Shown: piece after piece, positions 15,613 to 25,073 of the stretch
Layout of the letters: each line of letters opens with the position of its first letter
Numbering within the stretch: position 1 is the stretch's first letter
Origin: Thermoanaerobaculia bacterium
GTDB taxonomy: Bacteria; Acidobacteriota; Thermoanaerobaculia; Multivoradales; JBCCEF01
Length of the DNA stretch: 64,000 nucleotides
Direction of reading: 5' to 3'
Assembly: GCA_036259255.1 (NCBI GenBank)
Contig: DATACC010000207.1
Location: forward strand, 2,644 to 66,643
The notes under the pieces: generated by a model
What the model was told of the DNA's origin: nothing
Databases searched by the model: none
Seen by the model: only the letters and a program-made list of their open reading frames with translations
Position numbers and translations under genes: made by a program

Positions 15613-18183
15613 CTAGAAGGTGCTCCCGATGGTGAACTGGAAATCCTCGAAGTCGTCGAACGGCTCGGGATCCAGGTTGTAGGCGTAGATGAACCGCAGC
15701 GGAGCGCCGAACACCGGCACCAGCACCCGCAGCTCGACGCCCGCCGACCAGCGCAGGCCGCCGAGGTCGAGATCCTGGGTCGGGGCCCAGGCCTGACCGG
15801 CATCGGTGAAGGCGACGATCCGGAAGGGACCGCCGGCGAGGAAATGGTACTCCAGGTTGAGCTGGACGTACTTGTCGCCGCCGAGCGGGAAGATCCCCTG
15901 GGCGTCGCGGATGATGTTGCCCTCCTCGTCGCGCGGCAGGATCGACAGCGGCGTGAAGCCGCGCACAGAGCGCTCGCCGCCGAGGCGGTAGAAGCGGAAG
16001 GCCGACGCGATGCCCTCGCCGAAGGGCTCGATGTAGCCGCCCTCGAAGTTGAGGCCGAGCACCGAACGCACCGGGACCTCGGCGCCCAGCGGCCGGTACA
16101 TGGCGAAGCTCAGCTCCGGCTTCCAGTAGTTGTTCTCGCCGCCGAGGAAGCCGCCGGCGTACTCGCCGGAGACCGACATGCGCATGCCGCGGGTTGGCTC
16201 GAACCGATTGTCGACGCTGTTGTAGGTCCACACCGGGCGCACCGACGAGCTGTTGATGCGCCGATTGGTCAGCGTTCGCGGCTCCCCCGTCTCCGAGTCG
16301 ATGAAGGTGCCCTCCTCCTCCTGCCGGGCGCGGGTGTACGAGATGCCGAAGCTCTGGAAGAGCCGGAAGCTGCGGCCGTAGGTGAGCGTGCCGCCTTCCT
16401 GGGTCTGGCGGTAGTTCTCGTCCTCGCTCAGCAGGTCGTAGTCGAGGTTCTGGGAGAACACCTGCAGGCCGATCGTCTGCGGACGGTCGAGGAACCACGG
16501 CACGAAGTAGCCGAGATTGAAGTAGTCCTGGCGCCGGCCGGTCTGGAAGGAGGCCTGCAGCGTCTCGCCGCGGCCGAGGAAGTTCTGGGTGCGCACCGAG
16601 AACTGCCCGAAGAAGCCGTAGAACTCGCTCCAGCCGCCGCCGAACTGCAGCTCGGTGCGGTCGGCCTCCTCGCCCTGGAAGGTGAGGTCGACGGTCTGGT
16701 CCTCGGAGTCGACGTCGATCGTCACCGGCTCTTCCGGGTCGAGGTTGAAGTAGCCGAGCTGGTTGACCTTGTAGACGCTCGAGCGCAGGGCGCCGACGTT
16801 CATCACGTAGCCCTCCTGCACCCGCAGCTCGCGGCGCAGCACCTTGTCCATGGTGCGCGTGTTGCCGTCGAAGTCGATGCGGCCCACCCGGTACTGGTCG
16901 CCCTCGTCGATGCGGATCAGGATGTCGGCCACGTTGTCGCCGCTCTCGCGCAGCTCCGGCTCGACCCGGGCGAACATGTAGCCGGTGTTGGCGTAGAGCT
17001 CGCGGATCGCCTCCAGCCCTTCGTCGATCAGCTTCGACTTGAGCCAGGTGCCCGGGTCGGTGCGGAACACCGCCAGCAGCGCCTGGTCGCTGTAGACCTC
17101 GTTGCCCTCGATGGTGATCTCGCCGAAGCGGTAGCGCTCGCCCTCCTCGATGGGGATGGTGAGCAGCATGCGCCGGCGCGTGCCACGCTCGCGCACGTCG
17201 AGCTCCGGGTCGCCGAGCAGCACGTTCTTGTAGCCGCGGTTGCGGTAGAGGTCGCGGATCTTCTCGAGGTCCTGCTCGAGCTTGGCCGGGTTGTAGATGT
17301 CCTTGCGCAGCAGCCGGCTGATCGGCCCGGTCTCCTTGACGGAGCGCATGGTGAAGCGCAGCCGCGGGTCGGAGAACACCGTGTTGCCCTCGAAGTCGAT
17401 GTCGCCGATGCGCACCCGGTCGCCCTCGTCCACCCGGTAGACCGCCCGCACCTCGTTGGGGCCGACCGTCTCCAGCTCGTAGGTCACCTGGGCGAAGCGG
17501 TAGCCCTTGTCGCGATAGAGCTCCTCGATCACCGCCTGGAGCCGCGCCAGCTCGCCGCGCGACACCGGCGTCCCTTCGGTCACCCCGAGGCGCCGCTCGA
17601 CGATGCGGTCGCGCACGTCGCTGCGGCTGACCTTCTCGAGCCCCTGGTAGTCGATCGAGCGCAGCAGCGGCCGCTCGACCACCTCGATCTCCAGCCGCAC
17701 GCCGTCCCCGTCCGGGAAGTAGCGCACCGTGATGTCGTCGATCAGGTTGCGCTCCCACAGGTTCTTGATGCGGGTGTCCAGCGAATCGGGCTGGAACAGG
17801 CGCCCGGGCTCGAGGTCCAGGTAGTAGAGCAGCGTCTCCTCGGCGAGGTTGGTCAGGCCGGTGACCGCGATGGAGGTCACCGGATCACCGGCCAGCTCGG
17901 CGGCCTCGCCGGAGGGCGGTGCCTCCTCGCCGGCCTGGGGCAGGGTGGCGAAGGGCAGCGCCGGGGCGACCTGCGGGTCGCCGTCCGCGGCGTCCTCGTC
18001 CTCGGGCACCAGCGGCACCGGGGCGGCCTGCCCCTCGAGGATCGCGGGCTCGCGGGCCGGGGCCTGGGGGGTCTCCTCCTCCGGCTCCTGGGCCGCGGCC
18101 GGCGCCGCGACGGCGGCGAGGGCGGTGGCGAGCAGCAGGAGCAGGGCGAGGGCGGCGCGCGAAAGGGTGCGTCGTGGGGTCAT
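15613..18183 (-). CDS. bamA: Outer-membrane protein assembly factor BamA
   Basis: 856 aa. A signal peptide and repeated POTRA-like units are followed by a C-terminal beta-barrel ending ..FQFTIGSTF. Confidence 0.93.
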   Translation of the reverse strand: MTPRRTLSRAALALLLLLATALAAVAAPAAAQEPEEETPQAPAREPAILEGQAAPVPLVPEDEDAADGDPQVAPALPFATLPQAGEEAPPSGEAAELAGDPVTSIAVTGLTNLAEETLLYYLDLEPGRLFQPDSLDTRIKNLWERNLIDDITVRYFPDGDGVRLEIEVVERPLLRSIDYQGLEKVSRSDVRDRIVERRLGVTEGTPVSRGELARLQAVIEELYRDKGYRFAQVTYELETVGPNEVRAVYRVDEGDRVRIGDIDFEGNTVFSDPRLRFTMRSVKETGPISRLLRKDIYNPAKLEQDLEKIRDLYRNRGYKNVLLGDPELDVRERGTRRRMLLTIPIEEGERYRFGEITIEGNEVYSDQALLAVFRTDPGTWLKSKLIDEGLEAIRELYANTGYMFARVEPELRESGDNVADILIRIDEGDQYRVGRIDFDGNTRTMDKVLRRELRVQEGYVMNVGALRSSVYKVNQLGYFNLDPEEPVTIDVDSEDQTVDLTFQGEEADRTELQFGGGWSEFYGFFGQFSVRTQNFLGRGETLQASFQTGRRQDYFNLGYFVPWFLDRPQTIGLQVFSQNLDYDLLSEDENYRQTQEGGTLTYGRSFRLFQSFGISYTRARQEEEGTFIDSETGEPRTLTNRRINSSSVRPVWTYNSVDNRFEPTRGMRMSVSGEYAGGFLGGENNYWKPELSFAMYRPLGAEVPVRSVLGLNFEGGYIEPFGEGIASAFRFYRLGGERSVRGFTPLSILPRDEEGNIIRDAQGIFPLGGDKYVQLNLEYHFLAGGPFRIVAFTDAGQAWAPTQDLDLGGLRWSAGVELRVLVPVFGAPLRFIYAYNLDPEPFDDFEDFQFTIGSTF

Positions 18184-18422
18184 CGGGCTCGACGGTCTCG
18201 TTGTGGGAATCGGGGGTTGTGGACGGGCGGGCTCACGGACCCGCGCGGCGCCCCCCAGGGGGACGCGCGGCGCATTCTACTGTGCGGCGTACCGACCTCG
18301 CCGCGGCCCCGGCGGAAGGACGCGGCGGTCCGGCATCGAGCGGTTCGGATCCGGTGCACCGGTGCAGCGACGTTTCAAGGACCGCGCCCGGTTCCCCCGG
18401 GCCGTGTGCCGCCGGCTCGGGG

Positions 18423-20849
18423 TCACCGCTCCTCGGCCACCATCTCGCCGACGCGCGGCAGGAAATCGAGGGAATCCCCGGCCACCGTGACCTCGATGTG
18501 CTCGATGGGATCGCCCTGGTGATGGATCAGGATCTCGGAGACGGAGTCCTGAATATGTCTCTGGATCGTCCTCCGCAGAGGACGGGCGCCGGTGGACGGA
18601 TCGATCCCGGCGCGCTCCAGCAGCCACTCCTTGGCCGCCTCGTCGAGGGTCACCGTGAAGCCGCGCTCGGCCAGCGTCTGGTTGACGTCGCGGATCAGGA
18701 TGTCGACGATCGAGCGCAGGTCGAGGCGCGACAGCGGCCGGAACACGATCACCTCGTCGAGACGGTTGATGAACTCCGGCGAGAACGAGCGCTTCAGCTC
18801 GAGGAGGATCTCCTCCTCGATGCGGTGGAAGTCGGCGTCGGCATCCTGCTCGCCGAAACCCATGCGGCCGCCGCGCAGCACCAGCTTCGAGCCGATGTTC
18901 GACGTCATCAGGATCAGCGTGTTCTTGAAGTCGACGTGGTTGCCGTAGGCGTCGGTGAGCACCCCGTCCTCCAGGATCTGCAACAGGAGGTTGGTGATGT
19001 CCGGGTGCGCCTTCTCGATCTCGTCGAAGAGGATCAGCGAGTAGGGCTGGCGGCGCACCCGCTCGGTGAGCTGGCCGCCCTCCTCGTGGCCGACGTAACC
19101 CGGCGGCGAGCCGATCATCTTCGACACGGCGTGCTTCTCCATGTACTCGCTCATGTCGAAACGCACGAGCGAGCGCTGGCTGCCGAACAGGAACTCGGCG
19201 AGACGCCGCGCCACCTCCGTCTTGCCGACGCCCGAGGGGCCGAGGAAGATGAACGAGCCCACCGGCCGCTGCGGGTTGGAGACGCCGAGGCGGGAGCGGC
19301 GAATCGCCCGCGAGATGCCGGAGATCGCCCGATCCTGGCCGACCACGTGCTCGCGCAGGGTGTCCTCCATGCGCACCAGCTTCTCGGCCTCGGCGGACTC
19401 GAGGGCCTTCAAGGGGATGCCGGTCCAGGAGGCGATGACCTCCTCGATGTCGCGGCGGGTGACCTCGAGGTCGCCCCCCTCCTCGGCCACCCGGCGCATG
19501 CGCTCGAGGTCCTCGCGCAGCTCGATCTCGCGCTCGCGCAGGTAGACGGCGCGCTCGAACTCCTTGTCGGAGATGGCGCCCTTCATGTCCTTGACGACGT
19601 CGCGGATCTCCTGCTCCAGGCGGCGCAGGTTCTGGGTGTCGCGCACCCGCCGCAGCTTCACCCGGGCGCCGGCCTCGTCGATCACGTCGATGGCCTTGTC
19701 GGGCAAATGGCGGTCGGTGATGTAGCGGCTCGACTGGTAGATCGCCGTGCGCAGCGCGTCGGCGTGGTAGCGCACCTTGTGGAACGCCTCGTACCGGTCC
19801 TTGACCCCCTCCAGGATCTCGAGCGTCTCGGCGTCCGAGGGAGCGTCGATCTGGATCGACTGGAAGCGGCGCAGCAGCGAACGGTCCTTCTCGATGTACT
19901 TGCGGTACTCCTTGAGCGTGGTGGCGCCGATGCAGGAGATCTCGCCGCGGGACAGGGCGGGCTTCAGGATGTTGGCGGCGTCGAGGGAGCCCTCCGCCGA
20001 GCCGGCGCCGATCAGCGAGTGAATCTCGTCGATGAAGACGATCAGCTCGCGCGAGTCCCTGAGCTCCTTCAGGATCCCCTTCAGCCGCTCCTCGAACTGG
20101 CCCCGGTACTTGGTGCCGGCGACGATCAGCGACAGGTCGAGGGCGACGATGCGCTTGGCGGCGAGGAAGATCGGGACCTTCCCCTCGACGATGCGCTGGG
20201 CCAGGCCCTCGACGATGGCGGTCTTGCCGACCCCCGGCTCGCCGAGCAGGATCGGGTTGTTCTTGGTGCGCCGCGAGAGGATCTGGACGATGCGGTCGAC
20301 CTCGAGGTCGCGCCCGATCAGCGGGTCGAAGCCGCCCTCGGCGGCCAGGGTGGTCAGGTCGCGGCCGTACTCGGTGAGGAACGGCAGCTCCTTCTTCTGC
20401 TGCGACGCCTCGCGCTCCTTGGCGATCGACAGCACCTCCTCGCGCACGGTGTAGAGATCGAGGCCGTGCTGGGAGAGGATGCGCATGGCGACGCAGCCCT
20501 CGACCCGCAGCAGGCCGATCAGCAGGTGCTCCGAGCCCACCGTCTGGTGGAGCATCGACTCCGCCTCGTGGGAAGCGTAAGCGAGGATCTTCTTCGACTC
20601 CTCCGACAGCGGCAGCTCGGCGGTCGAGGAGATGCGCTCGACGAACACGCGCTCGCCCTCGATCTCGCGGCGAATCTCCTCGGGCTTGACCTGGAAGCGG
20701 CGGAAGACCTCGGAGACGGTCTCCTCCCCCTCGCGCAGGATGCCGAGCAGGATGTGCTCCGATTCGATGACGCGGCTGCCGAGCTTGGAGGCCTCGTAGC
20801 GGGCGAAGAACAGCGCCCGCCGGGCCTTCTCGTTGTACTTCTCGAACAT
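18423..20849 (-). CDS. clpC: ATP-dependent Clp protease ATP-binding subunit, ClpC-type
   Basis: 808 aa. The Clp N-domain repeats begin [16 protein letters not shown]. The two Walker A motifs are GEPGVGKT and [12 protein letters not shown]-like linker ([23 protein letters not shown]) is present. Confidence 0.93.
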   Translation of the reverse strand: MFEKYNEKARRALFFARYEASKLGSRVIESEHILLGILREGEETVSEVFRRFQVKPEEIRREIEGERVFVERISSTAELPLSEESKKILAYASHEAESMLHQTVGSEHLLIGLLRVEGCVAMRILSQHGLDLYTVREEVLSIAKEREASQQKKELPFLTEYGRDLTTLAAEGGFDPLIGRDLEVDRIVQILSRRTKNNPILLGEPGVGKTAIVEGLAQRIVEGKVPIFLAAKRIVALDLSLIVAGTKYRGQFEERLKGILKELRDSRELIVFIDEIHSLIGAGSAEGSLDAANILKPALSRGEISCIGATTLKEYRKYIEKDRSLLRRFQSIQIDAPSDAETLEILEGVKDRYEAFHKVRYHADALRTAIYQSSRYITDRHLPDKAIDVIDEAGARVKLRRVRDTQNLRRLEQEIRDVVKDMKGAISDKEFERAVYLREREIELREDLERMRRVAEEGGDLEVTRRDIEEVIASWTGIPLKALESAEAEKLVRMEDTLREHVVGQDRAISGISRAIRRSRLGVSNPQRPVGSFIFLGPSGVGKTEVARRLAEFLFGSQRSLVRFDMSEYMEKHAVSKMIGSPPGYVGHEEGGQLTERVRRQPYSLILFDEIEKAHPDITNLLLQILEDGVLTDAYGNHVDFKNTLILMTSNIGSKLVLRGGRMGFGEQDADADFHRIEEEILLELKRSFSPEFINRLDEVIVFRPLSRLDLRSIVDILIRDVNQTLAERGFTVTLDEAAKEWLLERAGIDPSTGARPLRRTIQRHIQDSVSEILIHHQGDPIEHIEVTVAGDSLDFLPRVGEMVAEER

Positions 20850-21036
20850 CGTCCTTTCGCCCGCTTCCCTTGCTGTGCCCGTGGCTGCTGTGCCGTCGCT
20901 GGAGCACCGCCGTGCTGCGGCGGCCCTCCGGGTCCGACTCCGGTCCGTGCTGGGACCTCGCGATCAAACCATGAGAACGGGAGCCGTCCGCCCGTCATTC
21001 CCCGCCGCCGCAGGCCCTGCCGCGTCGACGGAAGTC

Positions 21037-21729
21037 CTACGCGGAATTGGACTTGAACGGCCTCAGCTTCCCCTCGTGGAGCTCGAGGATGCTACCACAG
21101 CGTTGCGCGATCTCCGGGTTGTGGGTGACCAGCAGCGCCGTGGTGCCGTGGCGGCGCTGGAGGTCGAAGAAGCGCTCCAGCACCCGTTCGCCGCTCGCCG
21201 CGTCGAGGTTGCCGGTGGGCTCGTCGGCGAGCAGCAGGGGCGGCTCGAGGACCAGGGCGCGACACAGGGCGGTGCGCTGGCGCTCGCCGCCGGACAGCTC
21301 CGACGGGAAGTGGTCGAGCCGGTGCGACAGGCCCACCTCGTCGAGCAGGCGCCGGGCGCGGCTCTCCAGCTCTCCGGCGGCGAGCCCGGCGATGCGCCCC
21401 GGAATCATCACGTTCTCGAGGGCCGTGAAATCGGGCAGGAGCTGGTGGAACTGGAAGACGAAGCCGATGGTGCGGTTGCGGAAGGCGGCGAGCCGCGACC
21501 CGGTGAGACGCGCCACCTCGGTGCCGCCGATCAGCACCTGGCCGCCGTCCGGCTTGTCGAGGGTGCCGAGCACGTGGAGCAGGGTGCTCTTGCCCGAGCC
21601 GGAGGGGCCGACGATGGCCACCATCTCGCCGGGCGCGACGTCGAGCTCGGCGCCCTGGAGCACCTCCACCGTGCGGGCGCCGTCCTGGTAGGTCTTGACC
21701 AGCTTGCTGCCGACCACCGCGACGCTCAC
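21037..21729 (-). CDS. lolD: Lipoprotein-releasing system ATP-binding protein (ABC ATPase)
   Basis: 230 aa from GTG 21729. Contains Walker A GPSGSGKST, the signature LSGGERQR and Walker B LLLADEPTGNLD. It lies directly downstream of the FtsX-type permease. Confidence 0.88.
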   Translation of the reverse strand: MSVAVVGSKLVKTYQDGARTVEVLQGAELDVAPGEMVAIVGPSGSGKSTLLHVLGTLDKPDGGQVLIGGTEVARLTGSRLAAFRNRTIGFVFQFHQLLPDFTALENVMIPGRIAGLAAGELESRARRLLDEVGLSHRLDHFPSELSGGERQRTALCRALVLEPPLLLADEPTGNLDAASGERVLERFFDLQRRHGTTALLVTHNPEIAQRCGSILELHEGKLRPFKSNSA

Positions 21730-21754
21730 CGGCCGTCCCCCCTTCCCGCGCCCG

Positions 21755-22945
21755 TCATCGCCGCAGCGCCTCGACCGGATCGAGGGCCGCCGCCCGCTGC
21801 GCCGCGTACGACGAGAAGCCGAGCGACAGCAGCGCCGCGAGCCCCAGCACCACGGCGACGTCGGCGGGCCGCACCAGGAACGGCACGTAGTCGAAGATGT
21901 ACACCTCGCCCGGCAGCGAGAGCACCCGGTAGCGGTCGAGCATCCAGGCGCCACCGACGCCGAGGAGCGCGCCGGCACCGGCGCCCAGGGTCGCCAGCGA
22001 GGCGCCGAGCAGCACGAAGGCGCGGCGGATGGTGGCTGCCGGCGCGCCCATGGCGCCGAGCATGCCGATCTCCGAGCGCTTCGACGAGACGATCAGCGCG
22101 AGATCGGCGACCAGCGCGAAGGCGGCCACCAGCACCACCAGGGAGACGGCGACGAACATCAGCGCCTTCTCGAGCCGGAGGACGAAGAACAGCGAGCGGT
22201 TGATCTCGCGCCACGAGCGCACCTCGGCGCCGGGGGCCAGGCCCGGCAGCCGCTCGCGCAGCGCCTCGGCGACGGTGACCGAGCGCTCCAGCCGGTCGGT
22301 GTGGCCCTGGACGAGGCGCGGCGCGCCCGGGAACAGCGTCACGGCGACCTCCAGCGGCAGGGCGATGCGGGAGCGGTCCTCCTGGGTGAGTGGGCGCTCG
22401 AAGGTGCCGGCCAGGGCGGCGCTGCGCACCCGCGGCTGGGGAGGCCCGAAAGGCACCAGGGTCGGGTGGGGCGAGACGACGTCGACGGACTCCCCGGGAT
22501 CGACCCCGAAGCGGGCGGCGAGCGCGTCGTCCAGGTAGAGCCCCGGCACCCCGCCGGCGGCGCCGGGAAAGTACGGCGGCACCCGGCCGGCGAACCCCAC
22601 CGCCTCGACCGGCCGCACGATGCCGCCCTCGGCCACGATCCACCCGTTGCCCCGGATCGCCACCTGCGCCGACTCCACCCCCTCGGCCTCTCGCACCGCG
22701 GTCAGCACCGCCGCCACCTGCTCGGCCGAAGCGTCGACCGGGAGCTCCACCTCGAGCCGCGGCGTGCGGTCCAGCACCTCACTCTTGAGCACCGCCTGGA
22801 AGCCGGACAGCGCCGCGAGCGAGAGCACCAGCGCCGCCACCCCCAGCGCCAAGCCGATGGCGGCGACGGCGGACAGGAAGCTGGCGAAGGCGTCGCGCCG
22901 GGTGCTCTTCAGGTAGCGCAGGGCGAGCTGGAGGGGGAAGGGCAT
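21755..22945 (-). CDS. Lipoprotein-releasing system permease (LolC/LolE, FtsX-like)
   Basis: 396 aa. The N-terminus reads MPFPLQLALRYLKSTRRDAFASF. A periplasmic loop is followed by a C-terminal FtsX 3-TM bundle. Confidence 0.88.
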   Translation of the reverse strand: MPFPLQLALRYLKSTRRDAFASFLSAVAAIGLALGVAALVLSLAALSGFQAVLKSEVLDRTPRLEVELPVDASAEQVAAVLTAVREAEGVESAQVAIRGNGWIVAEGGIVRPVEAVGFAGRVPPYFPGAAGGVPGLYLDDALAARFGVDPGESVDVVSPHPTLVPFGPPQPRVRSAALAGTFERPLTQEDRSRIALPLEVAVTLFPGAPRLVQGHTDRLERSVTVAEALRERLPGLAPGAEVRSWREINRSLFFVLRLEKALMFVAVSLVVLVAAFALVADLALIVSSKRSEIGMLGAMGAPAATIRRAFVLLGASLATLGAGAGALLGVGGAWMLDRYRVLSLPGEVYIFDYVPFLVRPADVAVVLGLAALLSLGFSSYAAQRAAALDPVEALRR

Positions 22946-23089
22946 GGGGAGGCTGGGTCCGTGGGGCGCGGCAAAGATAGCAGGTGCCGTCCCGTGTCCC
23001 GCCGGAATCGGTTGCGCGTTCCACGGTCGCGCCGAGGCTCGGTGGTCGCCGAAGCCGGCCTCGACCCGCGCCTGCTAGCATCCGCCGCC

Positions 23090-23950
23090 ATGAGCGAGAA
23101 GGCACGGCAAGGATCGATGGCCGACGAGGCAGGGCGTTTGGAGGAAGGGCTCCGCCGCTACGAGCGGCTGGGCTGGCCGCGGCCCGACGTGGTGCTGGTC
23201 TCCGGGTCCGGGCTGGCGGTGGACCTCGGGAAGCCGGAGCACGGGCCGGTGGAGCTCCAGGAGCTCATTCCCTTCGGCATCCACGCGGTGGTGGGCCATC
23301 CGCTCCAGGTGGAGCTGTTCACCACCGCGGCCGGGCACCGGGTGCTCTATCAGCGCGGGCGGCTCCACTCCTACCAGGGCTACAGCGCCGCGGAGACCGT
23401 GTTCCCGGTCCGCCTGGCGCGGCTGCTGGGGGCGAGGACGCTGGTGATGACCAACGCCGCCGGCGGCGTCGATCCGCGTCTCGCCCCGGGGGACCTGGTG
23501 CTGATCGAGGACCACGTCAATCTCACCGGCCTCAACCCCCTGCGCGGACAGCTCCCGGAGGCCTGGGGGCCGCGCTTCCCCGACATGGTCACCGCCTACG
23601 ATCCCGAGCTGCGCGCACTGGCCCGGCAGATGGCCGAGGCGCTGGACATCCCGCTGACCACCGGCGTCTACGCCGGCGTCGCCGGCCCGAGCTACGAGAC
23701 GCCGGCCGAGGTGCGGATGCTGCGCACTCTGGGCGGCCACGTCACCGGCATGTCGACGGTGCTCGAGATCATCGCGGCCCGCCACATGGGGATGCGCTGC
23801 CTCACCCTCTCGCTGGTCTCCAACGCCGCCGCCGGCGTCACCGGCGAGCCGCTCGACCACGAGGAGGTCCTGGCCGCCGGCGCCGCCGCGGCCGCCAACG
23901 TCCAGCGCCTGCTGGCCGCCGTCCTCGCCGACCCCCGCATCGCCGGCTGA
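23090..23950 (+). CDS. punA: Purine nucleoside phosphorylase (trimeric, inosine/guanosine type)
   Basis: 286 aa from ATG 23090. Contains GRLHSYQGY, LVMTNAAGG, GVAGPSYETPAE, GMSTV and SLVSNAAAG. Confidence 0.9.
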   Translation: MSEKARQGSMADEAGRLEEGLRRYERLGWPRPDVVLVSGSGLAVDLGKPEHGPVELQELIPFGIHAVVGHPLQVELFTTAAGHRVLYQRGRLHSYQGYSAAETVFPVRLARLLGARTLVMTNAAGGVDPRLAPGDLVLIEDHVNLTGLNPLRGQLPEAWGPRFPDMVTAYDPELRALARQMAEALDIPLTTGVYAGVAGPSYETPAEVRMLRTLGGHVTGMSTVLEIIAARHMGMRCLTLSLVSNAAAGVTGEPLDHEEVLAAGAAAAANVQRLLAAVLADPRIAG

Positions 23951-24099
23951 CCGGCCTTCGCCGCCGCAGCGCCACTCCCCACGTTGCGACTCGATCTCGC
24001 CGCGTCGGGAATCGGGGCTCGGATATCAGTCGTCTGCAAGACTTCCGCACCCGTTTTCCGTGTTCCCGGAGTGGAGGCCGGACACGGAGGACGGACACG

Positions 24100-25026
24100 A
24101 TGCCAGGACACGATCAGCTCTTCAAGGACCTGCTCCGGGCGTTCCTGCCCGACCTGCTGGCGCTCACCGTGCCGCGCGTGAAGGCGGTCCTCGCCGGGGC
24201 TCCGCCGCGCTTCCTCGACGCCGAGCACTTCACCGACCTGCCCTCCGGCGCCCGCCGTCAGGTCGACCTGCTGGCGGAGCTGCGCCTGGCAGACGGACGG
24301 CGGGCGGTCCTGGTGCACGTCGAGATCGAGGCCGCGGCGCGGCGTAGCCTGCCGCCGCGGCTGGGGCGCTACGCGATGCAGCTTCGCCTGCGGCACGACC
24401 ACCCGGTGGTCTCGCTCGTGCTCTACCGGAGCGGTGGCCCGGCCGGTGCCGTGCCGCGGGTGCTGCGCGAGCAGGTGGCCAGCGAGGAGCTGGCCTCCCT
24501 GCGCTACTTCGCCTTCGGTCTGGCCGGCGCCTCGGCGGACGAGCACCTGCGCCGCGGCGAGCCGCTGGCCTGGGCCCTCGCCGCTCTGATGCGCAGCCGG
24601 AAGCGCTCGCCGGCTCGCCTGAAGCTCGCCTGCCTGCGACGCATCGCCGCGGCACCGCTCGACGACGCGCGGCGCTTCCTGCTGGCGAACTGCGTCGAGA
24701 CCTATCTACAATTGAGCGGCGAGGAGGCCGAGCGCTACGCCCGCCTCCTGCGCCGGACGGACAACCGGGAGGTGCGCGCCATGGAGCTGACCTGGGCAGA
24801 GAAGATCGAGGAGCAGGGCCTTCAGAAGGGCAAGCGGGAGGGCGAGCGGGCGGGTCGCGAGGACGGCATGCGCAGCCTGCTGCTGCGGATGATGGAGCGC
24901 CGCTTCGGTCCCCTGCCGGCGGAGACGCGGCGGCGGGTGGAGGCGGTGCGCTCCACCGACGAACTGGAACGGCTCGCCGACCGGGTGCTCACCGCCACCT
25001 CCCCCGCCGAGATGGGCCTCGGGTAG
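24100..25026 (+). CDS. Rpn-family recombination-promoting nuclease / putative transposase (PD-(D/E)XK) with a DUF4351-like C-terminal domain
   Basis: 308 aa. The N-terminus is HDQLFKDLLRAFLPDLL. The nuclease core reads RRQVDLLAELRLADGRRAVLVHVEIEA. The C-terminus is LLLRMMERRFGPLPAETRRRVEAVRSTDELERLADRVL. The upstream 150 bp is noticeably less GC-rich. Confidence 0.8.
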   Translation: MPGHDQLFKDLLRAFLPDLLALTVPRVKAVLAGAPPRFLDAEHFTDLPSGARRQVDLLAELRLADGRRAVLVHVEIEAAARRSLPPRLGRYAMQLRLRHDHPVVSLVLYRSGGPAGAVPRVLREQVASEELASLRYFAFGLAGASADEHLRRGEPLAWALAALMRSRKRSPARLKLACLRRIAAAPLDDARRFLLANCVETYLQLSGEEAERYARLLRRTDNREVRAMELTWAEKIEEQGLQKGKREGERAGREDGMRSLLLRMMERRFGPLPAETRRRVEAVRSTDELERLADRVLTATSPAEMGLG

Positions 25027-25043
25027 CCCCTCAGCCCCCCCGC

Positions 25044-25073
25044 GCTCAGTCCACCCGAGCTCAGTCCACCCGC
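25044..25073. repeat. 15-bp tandem duplication (GCTCAGTCCACCCGA / GCTCAGTCCACCCGC) spanning the tricorn stop codon
   Basis: Read directly. The second copy contains the real stop (25061-25063) and the last four codons. The first copy lies in the 34-bp convergent gap. Confidence 0.7.

Noticed and set aside
18351-18362. Perfect 12-bp palindrome CCGGTGCACCGG in the clpC/bamA intergenic region as an operator; I also looked for CtsR/CIRCE-type boxes upstream of clpC (20850-21036).
   Set aside because: GC-only palindromes of this length are expected many times by chance in 64 kb of ~70% GC DNA. No CtsR (GGTCAAA repeats) or CIRCE (TTAGCACTC-N9-GAGTGCTAA) match was found.
17919-21056. 1045-aa plus-strand ORF, together with 18277..20967 (minus).
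   Set aside because: They are antisense or out of frame to clpC, which is identified by Walker motifs and the Clp N-domain. The translations are Arg/Pro/Gly-rich.
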